A stretch of 64,000 bases of DNA from Oopsacas minuta (taxonomy: Eukaryota > Animalia > Porifera), in contig JAKMXF010000099.1 of the NCBI GenBank assembly GCA_024704765.1, forward strand, positions 62,001 to 126,000, written 5' to 3'. The notes under the pieces are model-generated. The model was not told where the DNA came from. It saw only the letters and a program-made list of their open reading frames with translations, and made no database searches. The translations under genes were made by a program, and so were the position numbers. How positions within the stretch are numbered: the stretch's first letter is position 1; every line of letters begins with the position of its first letter. Below, one piece after another: positions 50,574-61,099 of the stretch.

Positions 50574-53500
50574 ATTTAAATGGCTCTAAATTTTCAGGGA
50601 AAACAGAAAAGCGTTCGAGATAGTGGAGGTTGACCGTATATCAAAAGCTAACTACATTGGTTTGAAAATTTTTGAGATGCGCCAAAGGGCGTCGAAAACT
50701 ATTCTTTATTTTGAATGACCCTGTCTTGCATGTACTATTTGGGTTTTTTCATCAAAATTCAATTTTCATTTTGGCTGCGTACAAAGATGTAGTGTGTTAT
50801 AGATCAGAAATCACTATTAGTATCAAACTGCAAGTTATTTGCAATGACATCTAATTATTATCGGTCTTAATACTATCGGTATTCGTATTTCATATCTAAG
50901 GATAGTACAACAGGGTTTCCTGGTACTTGACACACAATTCTCAAAATCAATGAAGATCAATTTCCTATAACAGTTAGAATTCTGGATGGTTTGGATGGTT
51001 CTAGTTCTCATCAGATATACATCCAACTTCAAGTCTTCAATTTATTCCGAAATTTAATTTTGTTGGTCTTTGAGTTATTTCCATAGTGGACAGTTAATGT
51101 TGTCAAATTTGTGTGAACACTCTGCCTAACTCTCACTTTCAAAATCTGTTGGTTGCTTTAGTCCCAATGAAAGAGAACGAAGAAAATGTTAGAATTCTGA
51201 TGGAGTCTTATGTGTACCTTGAGACAGTGGTAATAGGAAATGAGGGAGTTAGATTAGTAAGTACTGGCGTTCCAGGAATTGCTACGCTGGTGGGTGAAAA
51301 TAATTAAGCTGGGGGTCTGTGGGCGCTGTTAGCACCCCCATTGTGATCCAGAGGTAACCTCTAGCCAAAAGGCTTATATACCATCACATTAGCTGCCTTT
51401 CGATGGTCAGGCAATTTCGAATCCCGAAATATTTACTTTTAATTGCGTATTACTCATAAGGTTTTGGATTGAATTTGTTATAATGCACAGGCTAATATTA
51501 AAAGAAATCAGCTACAAAAATGTTTTGTTTCTATTTCGTCAACGGAACGCAAGATTGTGTTGTGTTGTTTTGCTCATAATACTTGTACATACCCTTCTTT
51601 ACATCTCCATCCGTACATTAATACCACGTAAGTATATGATATTAAGGCTAAGATGCGATCCAAGGGAACGTAAATTTCCTGTTAGCAATTTGAGCTAAAT
51701 TTCAGTGTATAACATAATTTGACATTACAATTTTATGATTCCATATTATAGACGTAATCATTTGGACATTTTTTTCAAAATTTCGTATGGGAACTATCAA
51801 GCACAATAAGAAATAGCATACATGCTAACTGTCCAGGGATTTTGGAATTTGTCGGTTCAGGTATTCACCCAGATGTATAGCGATATACCTGAAACAGAGC
51901 TGTTGTGTTTCAGGATCATGAAAACAATAATCAATCATTTTTGAGTCAGTTCTTCGTCTTAATTCGAAAATTTACAATTATTTTTATGCGTTCAGGAATA
52001 CATAAACAAGCAAATAATATGTTATTATTGTATTTTTGAATCAAGGTAAGCATATTTGAATCAAGTTAAGGTCGATATGTGTATAACTAGCTCAGCTGGC
52101 CAAGCGGCTTCAAAAAGAGTGGCAGTCCATTGGGTTCTGACAAAATTTGAGAATGGAATGTTGTCAGATCCCAACTGGGCTACTAAAAGAGAGGTTAACT
52201 TTCAGTATAGTATTCCCCAGTTGGGATCTACGGAAAAATGCAATGAAAGAATTGAAATTTTTTGAGGTCGGGGTAATATTACTTAATTTGACCCGACTAA
52301 TAGGAATTTGATATTATGTTAACTACAAATGTTCATTTATATTAATCTAAATTAGTGCTATCAAAGTATTTCACAGAAAATATTGTCATAGTGGCTGTAA
52401 AACAAACACTTCATGAATTCAATCAATTATTTCTTGATACTAAACAGGCCCATCGAATTACTAAAGTATATTTTAATTTGGCAAGTTGAATAATGAGTGA
52501 AAACTAGGAACGACCCACAATTACTAACTAAAAGATGTCAAGAACCTTTATTTAAGGTATTATCGACTTAGAGAACGAATTCACCATCATCAGGCCGAAA
52601 ACGATGAAATATTCCCCAAGAGTCAGGATTATGCTCATGTAGTGAACCCCTAGCTGCTTGTGGGTAGTTAATCAGAAAATCCCTAATTGGAACCACCTAG
52701 AATATTTGCAAACAGCAGACTCTAAACTTGTATGCGTGGAGAGTACAGGGATTATCAAAATCTTGCGCGGCTAATCTCAATGAATTTGCTCAGATAGCCA
52801 GTAATATTCAGTGTGTTTGTCTGATTGTATAATTTTTGCAGTTGTTATACCAGGGGCCATAACATTTCTCTTATTACAAACCAATTTCTGAAGGCGATTA
52901 TCTTGATGACCTTCACTCTATTAAATTGTATTCGGAAGAACATCTAAATTCCTTAAATAATCTCAAATTCTCAATGCGGGAAATTGAATGGCGGATGGAT
53001 CTAAGGTGTTTTCTTATTTCAGAATGTATTATTTGCCATTTTTGTCTAAAATACGTGATTTCGTACAATTCTTGTGCTTTCATTCAATTTCTACTATCCT
53101 TATCTAATCCAATAGGAGTATCAGTTACTAGATTGACCATCTGTCTAGAAACCTCTTGAAAACATAACACACTTAAAAATCAATTGAAGTATCCTGGATG
53201 TATCCGCTCAACTTTATAATTAAACCTCGTGTAGATGGGACAGGAATTCTTGATTTGTTTCTACAATATTGGATACAGCGGGAATACGTAACTGGGCTGA
53301 CCACGTATGTATCTGGAGGAGCTATAAACTGATTCCTCATCAAGGGAATAAATAGGGTATGAATATTCAGTTCGACCAGCCTGGAGGAGTGGGAACATGG
53401 CTTAATATATACTACGGCTAGCTAAGCAAAGAATTGTCCAAATAATTTTAAAGTCATCATAATATTCAATTTCATCATTAATGCATTTCACAAATCGCCA

Positions 53501-55547
53501 TGCATTCATCTATTATTAAGTTATCACCTATGGCGGAAACATCTGAAACACTTTAGAGCTTGATTAGTCTGTGATTCTTCTACACATCAAAATTCAATAA
53601 AATTCAAAATGAGTGAAATCTGTCTACGAGAAGGGCATACTAAAGGGGAGTTGCGAATGCATGGGAACCCGCGGATAATGGCCCCCACATTGCTGGATCT
53701 TCAAATTTATGAGCACGTTATATTATTAAGTCCTAACGAGTGTTTTCATTTTTCCCAAATTTCCATTGACAATACTTCAGTTTTATTTGCAGTTCACTAA
53801 AATGCTCCGTTTTAGATTCAGATACAGTTCCAGTTGACAAATATACTCACTTTGTTGATCCAGATGGAAAGCTGCCCTCCTGGCAGCACTCTAGCTACGC
53901 TGCTGCTCGCTTAGCATTTATATTTTGCCACTTAAAGTAACACTTTCGGACACGTTTCGAAGATATTGAAATGCACATAATCCCTTTAGTGCAATCCGAA
54001 ACTTATATTCTATGTAGATTTGTAATCAGCCAAGGATTCCGCGTCGTTTGAGTGGTCACTGGATATGTTTGGGATTTTTCCCTATCAACGTTGGAATGTC
54101 CAAGTAATGGCCCAATGCTCCATTCTAAAAATTTGTCTCGTCCCTATCAACTGACCCCTGGTTCGATGCCTCCAGGCTAGCTCAGTCTATTTATGCACAT
54201 ATCGACAATCGCTAGTATCTTTTGACATGATTTATATCCATCCTCGCGATTTATACCTCTCCAATTATTCACTAGACTATTCAAATTATTAATTTTCTGA
54301 TCAAATCAACACGATTACCTTGGACATCTACCATAATATACACCCAAAAACTTATCTTGTACATTTATACTATTATTTCTCACAAATACAGATAATGAAT
54401 CATATTTCTTTTAAAAATAAGATATTTAGGAGGCTGCAGAGGACGATGTAAAAATCATGTTGAAAGATACTAACGAGGGTCGATATTGTTTAATTTGACT
54501 CAGCTATCCTTGTGGCGTCGAACAATACTCGATAGAGTTAGGACTAAACTTGAGAATGAAATATTGCATCTAATATTCCTATTAGTCCCGGCAGCATTAC
54601 TGTATAGCATCCTCTCGTCTTCCATAAATCATTGTGCTATTTCATACTAATATATTTATAGATTCGTAACAGTGTATTAATTTAGGGAATGAATTAAATT
54701 CATTTCAATGATAGATGAACCCCATTATTGATAAGTTGGTGAGGTTTGTACATTAAAATACGCGTTCCGATTTCCTCGTGATGTTCCGGAAAACAGGACA
54801 CTACCTTTCAATAATACTTATTTATTATTTATTTATACTTTATTTTCTTATTCCTGAAATATTAGCGAATATTACTTATACTACTAGTACACTTTTTACA
54901 AAAGTAAACATGTGTTAATTATACATCGTGTTTGAATAACAAGATTATGTGCTTCACCACGGACTATTATATTACCTGGGGGTGACAAAGCCAAACCACA
55001 GTCAAAAATGCATAGCTGAACATTGTGTGACTGAAAATATGGTCAATTCTGTATTCTTAGTCACTAAATTTGGTATCTAACACAATCTTTGGACGCTGAA
55101 TTCAAAAATGACAATTTCAAGGTTCCATAACTCACTTTCCGCCCTAATTTTGGCAAAAAGGCGTAGTCACACCCAAATATAGTCAATTCCATATTTGTGT
55201 TCTATTACTTCGTCATTTCACTAAATTCGCAATATCCTCTCAAGTCGGAACGATATTGATGAACAATGATTAGTGAAGTGTTCAGCTAAATATATATTAC
55301 TATATTATGCACATTTAGCCAAATTTGGTGATGAGGAATTAGCAAAAGAATATATATCTACAGTTTTGATTGTATGAGTTTTGAATTTTTATAGCACGAG
55401 CTACTAAAATTACAGGACGTGGCAATGCTATATTACAGTGAGAACTGTATATGCTGAACCATAGCCTCCTCTATATAAGGTCTACTATCAACCTCGAATT
55501 TTTGGACTAGGGATATAGCAGTGTACGGTAAATATTATATTGGTATA

Positions 55548-56661
55548 CAGAATGGTTTCATATCGCACAAAGAGTACTTTTATACCTAAGTACAGTAGAA
55601 CTCGGATAAGACGTACCCCCTCGGGAAACAGAAATTAGTACGTCTTAACCGAGTGTACGTCTTATCCGAATATGTTTGCATTACAAATAGTGATGACTGA
55701 TATTTTGGGATATAAGAAATAGTACGTCTTAACCGAGTGTACGTCTTAAGCCGAGTACGTCTTATCCGAGTTCTACTGTAAATGTATTCCAGATATGTAG
55801 AATATCATGTTTCCAAACTAACAAAGTAAAATTATCAAAATATGCCAATTTCTTTGCCTAGTAAGCTTTATGTGGAGAATATGGCCCAATCTTTGATGAG
55901 TTGTAGACCGTCAAATATCGCAACTTTGATTTCAAAGTTAATGTACGAAATGGTGTAAAGATGTTTTTGTAAATCATATTTAAAATTTGTCATGATAAAG
56001 TTGGCAGGTTTCTGAGTTACAGTAGTGATCATGGATGGGGATGATTTGTCAATATGTGTTTATAAGTCGAAAACCTTCAATGATATAAAAAACTCACTAT
56101 TGCCGATTTATATTATATACCAGATTTCCCATACCCCTTTTAGTATATGTTGATATGATATCTCCTACGATAATACGCAATCCTGAATATTACCATATAT
56201 GGCTTTACTGACGACTATGCAATAATCTTTGGAAATATCATATCAAAATGTATTACAGGGAGATTGAAAATCGAGTATATACTATCATTGGCAATTGTGA
56301 GATTTGTTATATCATTTAGGGTTTTCGACTTATAAATACATATTAACAAATTATCACCATCCATGGTCAGTACTGCAACTCAAAAACCTGCCAACTTTAT
56401 CATGACAATATTTTAATATGACTTACAAAAGCATCTTTATGTCAATTCGTACATTAACTTTGAAATCAAAGATGCGATAATTGACGGTCTACAACTCATC
56501 AAAGATTAGGCCATATTCTCCACATAAAACTTACTAGGCAAAGAAATTGGCATATTTTGATAATTTTTTACTTTGTTAGTTTGGAAACATGATATTCTAC
56601 ATATCTGGAATACACTTACTTAGGTATAAAAGTACTCTTTGTGCGATATGAAACCATTGTG
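55548..56661. mobile_element. Large foldback element with CA(G/C)AATGG termini and about 370-bp inverted arms (left arm also carries the pogo MITE)
   Basis: 55548-56105 is mirrored by 56290-56661 at high identity by eye; TA on both sides. Confidence 0.9.
55593..55778. mobile_element. pogo/Tigger-like MITE (186 bp) in the left arm of the foldback
   Basis: TA|CAGTAGAACTCGGATAAGACGTAC ... GTACGTCTTATCCGAGTTCTACTG|TA; absent from the right arm. Confidence 0.95.
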
Positions 56662-56663
56662 TA

Positions 56664-57760
56664 CACAGTGGCTCAAAATGGCAAAATTGGCGGATTATGT
56701 ATTTACTTGTGTGCTAGCTCTGCATAATGTATTATTTATATATGGGCTATCGACCCAAACTAGTCGATTAAACCTATCAGATTTTATATATGGCGCGAAT
56801 TTTTTGGGAATGACGCCATACCACCTCCATACCATATAAGGTCAATTTTATTTTTCGCAATTTTTCCTTGATAAGTATTGAATTATGTATATTATGTTAT
56901 TATATTATTATAATATGTTGACATATACTAAATTACTAATTGATGCACTATATTAAGATCATGAGTTAAGTATTACCGTCTCCATCATTAAATCTTGTTC
57001 AGATAGTTGATTTGTGCCATTTCGACCTCTGATATTTCCCGATATTGAGCAGGATAGGATCACTCTGACTCAAGAGTCTAACGAAGATGTTACTTACATT
57101 TTCTTTAAAAACACATTTAACTAGTAAGCTTCTCCCAATATTTCTTACATGATTGTTTACGGAATCCAAGCATTCTTCAGATGAAGTCTTCAATCCCAAA
57201 CCGTCATTGAAATCACTGATTAATTCTGAAGAATGTGCAAGTAATTTATGAAGAGACGGTGTTACGTTTGCCCAAGGAATTTTACAAAGTATTTCCTCAT
57301 AAGTATTTTTGTAAATGGAGTAGAGTTTATCAGTGTCTATCCTTTTATGTGAATTATAGACCCGAAATATTACTGAGAGGTTTGTGTGAATAGTGCAAAG
57401 AGCAAGTCGGTCTGCTTCAATCATCGTGGATATAAGACAAGCAAGAAAATATTTTCATTGAGAAAACATTATCTTGCTATACTCTGTGATAGTGGTACCG
57501 CCATCACTGGATGGATAATCTATTTGAAACTCAGTCTTCTCAAGCAAGAGATTATGCTTTCAATCCACTGAAGTTTTAACTTGATGATGTGAAGGCAGCC
57601 ATTTCTTCATTCCGCCATCCAAATGATATATTAATAGCATGAGCCAATAAAAGACACACAAATAACTATGAAGAGAGCACAGGAGATGAATTGATGGGAG
57701 ATGATATTTTCATCAGATATTGAAAACGAATGCAAGGATATTTGGTCTTTTTCCATAAAT
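56664..57760 (-). pseudogene. Transib (RAG1-core-like) transposase C-terminal remnant with a CACAGTG terminus
   Basis: SLHSYLCVFYWLMLLIYHL..KKW; FQIDYPSSDGGTT; PWANVTPSLHKLLAHSSELI..GLGLKTSSEECLDSVN (cf. Transib HKxLxH..SEEAQEARN, RAG1 YFHKTLAHVPEII..SEGNESGN); terminus at 56664-56670. Confidence 0.82.
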
Positions 57761-57880
57761 ATTTCAAAATGTATCCTTGGAATGCATTTATTTAGGATAA
57801 AAGTTGTTTCTAGATAATATTATTTGGTATTTCGATTACATAAGTGCATTTCAATATTCAGATTAGCTAATTAGCAAATA

Positions 57881-59187
57881 CAGGGTGGCCAATAAGTTCT
57901 GGCACATAGACAAACTACTATAATTTAACCAATATTCATTATATTGAGTTGATATTTTAGCATAAGTAGTTTGGCATTATGAGTTTTATTGTGCACAATC
58001 TCTATTCTATGTATCCGCCTTTCTTTTTGATAACAGCCTTCAGACGCCCGGGGACTGCCCACACTGCGGTACGCAGCATCTCCTGTGGGATTTTTTCCCA
58101 TTCTCTCGTCAGAGATTGCTTTAGAGACTCAATACTGTTATGGGACTTCGAGCAAGCACTTGACTCTAAAATGGACCACACTGAGAAATCTAGAGGGTTA
58201 AGGTCTGGGCTAGACGGCGGCCATTCTACCTTTGAGATAAAGTCAGGAATATTTGTCCGAAGCCATTCTTGAGTACTGTTTGCTGTATGGGCAGGAGCAC
58301 CGTCTTGTTGGAATATGAACGGCTGGTTTTCAAACATCATCTGATCTTTCACAATGGGCTGTAAAATGAGCTCCTTATACGTTGCAGCATTTATTTTGAC
58401 CCCTGCAGGGACGAAAACCAGTGGTGTCCGGCCAACAGAAGATACTCCGGTCCAAACCATCAACAAGAGTGGTTTCTGGACTCTTTTGACGTACCTGTAC
58501 TCATCAGGGATAGTAGAAGTGCTTTTAGATAATATTCTATCGTTTTGACGATTGAATGCTTGTTCAACGGTGAAAAGTTTTTCATCGGAGAAAAGGACTT
58601 GATCCAGTCCCTGGGCTGCGAATCGTGTATGGAGGACTTTGCTTCTTGAGAGCCTCTTTGTCTTTATTTTGTCTGAAAGGAAATGGACTTTCCTTTTCTT
58701 AAACAAAGATAGCCCTAAGTCTCTCTTGACAATCGTTTGAAGAGATCCACGGGATATTTTCAGTTCTTTAGCCATTTTTCTGATCGATCGCTGAGGATTT
58801 CGCCACACTCGACTCCGCACTACCTTTCGCATCTTTACGGTCGTGATGGAGACCGGGCGACCAGTTCTGGCTCTGTCCATCACGCCACCAGTCTCATTGA
58901 AGCGTTTTATCGTACGGATTACGAAATTCCGACGTGTCTGTGGATTTTTTAAAAGTTTCATTATTTCTTTTTTGTTTTTTCCCTTTTTGAAATAATTCAA
59001 CAATCGCCGACCGTTCTTTCTCCATAGCTGATAATTTGTTCCTGGTTTTCAAATAGTGTATTTTTCAATGAATATTGTATTGCGAGAGATAACAGAATAA
59101 ATACAAACCAGTAACGTCAATCAATCTAAATCATGAAAGATTTTGGTACGATATAAAGTTATGTGCCAGAACTTATTGGCCACCCTG
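57881..59187 (-). mobile_element. Tc1/mariner maT (DD37D) element, 1307 bp
   Basis: Perfect 28-bp TIRs CAGGGTGGCCAATAAGTTCTGGCACATA; TA TSD. Confidence 0.97.
58002..59025 (-). pseudogene. DD37D transposase with one +1 frameshift in an A-run near the start (listed ORF 58002-59003 is the downstream frame)
   Basis: FSDEK, FQQDGAPAH, WPPSSPDLNPLD; 37 residues between D2 and D3. ATG at 59025 gives MEKERSAIVELFQKGKKQK and then leaves the frame. Confidence 0.92.
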
Positions 59188-60046
59188 TAAATACAAATTT
59201 AAAAATTACTCTAGAAGGGGACTTTTGCCTGAAAGTTAAACCTCGCATTTTTCCGTTGGTGTTATGGTCACGGTCACACGTTTCGCTACCCTATATCTAG
59301 TAAAATCTTGAAGGCAAACATCTTCTCTAACTGTTCAGCTGTACAACCATGCGACCTTGCGTGCCCTCGAAATATTTTGGACCAATTTCTAATTCGTTCA
59401 TTCTAATATATTCTATATTTAATACATAGATAATAATAGTCTTAGTAAAAATATTTTGTAACTGAATGTACCCAAACCTTTTTCTATGATTATAGATAAG
59501 CTATATTGATTACATTATAAACAAAACGTGTATGTTCCGTTCCAACTAACTCTTGGCTAATGGCTTTGAAAGTAGCTATTATTATAATGACTAACATTCC
59601 ACAATATCATGAAAATATTCACTTCACTATCTGCTCATAGTCCAGTCATGAGCAAGCTGAAATTCTGTATCCAAATACACAATTTATGTTTTCAACTATG
59701 ATGAATTCCAGAAATAATACTTTCTTAGTGTTTTGAATATGAAAATTATTACCCTACAGCCTGTGCATTTTTTACTGTAGTTTGGCTTTGTCACTTCCGG
59801 GTAATTTAGTAGTCCGTGGTTTAACCAAATCTTGCCATTGACAGTTTTGGCAATTGTCGAGTACGTCAAAAGTACAAATGTCCTTGGAAATGATCAAATA
59901 TCCCGTTTCTGGTTAACATGTATGCACTAACATAGTATATTTAGTGTTGTCTTTTACTGATACTTTAGGTTATATATCCATTATTTCCCAGTATGATTTT
60001 ATTATAATATATTGCTTTTATCTAATTAGACCAATCCATTGTATAG

Positions 60047-60550
60047 ATTTATCAAAAGATGACTTTAACCAAATGGGACGTGAAAGAACTTCTCTCACAA
60101 CGTAATCCATATGTAGATTTGATAATTAAAGAATTTGAAAACACGAAGTATATTTTTGATAAGATCTCACTTACCATCCCTATTCCTGATTTAGTTAAAA
60201 CAATGGTAATAGAAGAATGTTGCTCTCTTATGAATAAATTACTAGTGGAGGGTTTCGCATGTGGAAAAAAATGTACACATCAAGGACGAGCATCTATGTT
60301 GTTTGACTTTAGAGAATATGTTGCACAGATTGAGAAAAATTCTAAACTACGTGTTCCGCAAAAATCTTATGTTGAAGATTATATTCATGCTTTTTACCTT
60401 GACGAAGATGAGATAGATAAATGGATCCAAGAACATAAAGAATATTCCTTATATCAATTGAATGCTTTAACCAACTGTAAATCGACATTCAAGAGAAAAG
60501 CTACCAATAAATTGCTCAATCTTATTGAAAAGGGAACACCGCCACATTAA
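60047..60550 (+). CDS. VPS50: VPS50 exon 5 (syndetin C-terminal domain)
   Basis: Acceptor GTATAG|ATT; KWDVKELLSQRNPYVD..EGFACGKKCTHQGRASMLFDF..YVEDYIHAFYL..WIQEHKEYS; stop TAA. Confidence 0.95.
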   Translation: MYQKMTLTKWDVKELLSQRNPYVDLIIKEFENTKYIFDKISLTIPIPDLVKTMVIEECCSLMNKLLVEGFACGKKCTHQGRASMLFDFREYVAQIEKNSKLRVPQKSYVEDYIHAFYLDEDEIDKWIQEHKEYSLYQLNALTNCKSTFKRKATNKLLNLIEKGTPPH

Positions 60551-61099
60551 TTTTCTGGATTTAGTATATATTTGTATGTGTTTTCCTACCAATTATAGAT
60601 GATTAAATATACTATTGTTTATTTTACTATAGTATAATTGGGTTATGGGGAGAGGCGTAGGCAGGGTGCGGCAAAGGCAGCACTTGATGTACCTAAATTT
60701 CGTGTTCCCGCCAAAACTTTACAAAGAAATGTCACAGTTGCGATATTGCCACCTGTATCGCATATTTGACGCGCCTTTGCTGTACCATAGCGCTTTCCTA
60801 GCTACGTCTGTTAATGGGATGATTCTTTGTTTCGTAGAGTCGAAATTTTACCAATTTTTGAAAATGGCATTTGGTTGATTTTTATTTATATGAAACTTTG
60901 GTTTGTAAATGTGGAACAAACCCCAAGATCTAGTTTTAAATATTCGAGACTTGGTGTACTTATTTACTGCTAGGTATGTGAAGGAAGACCACTTTGACTA
61001 TCCTCATATTGCAACAACTATGCCTCGTATTAGTTGCGAATTGAACTTTCTTAGGGTTTCCTGATATGATGGAATTCATTGCGACCGCAAATCCAACGT

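Noticed and set aside
52168-52228. GATCCCAACTGGG / CCCAGTTGGGATC hairpin as an ncRNA
   Set aside because: No tRNA/snoRNA/miRNA features; more likely a MITE relic.
44930-55500. Nested host gene in VPS50 intron 4
   Set aside because: Only short (60-81 aa) low-complexity ORFs. Segments at about 50860-51100, 53160-53700 and 54420-54700 gave no motif I could assign.
58960-58990. Programmed -1 frameshift in the maT ORF (GGGAAAA / AAAAAAC)
   Set aside because: The required shift is +1, so a single-A insertion or sequencing error is the simpler explanation.
56999-59025. Antisense orientation bias of coding TEs in VPS50 introns
   Set aside because: Only two coding examples, too few to support a bias.
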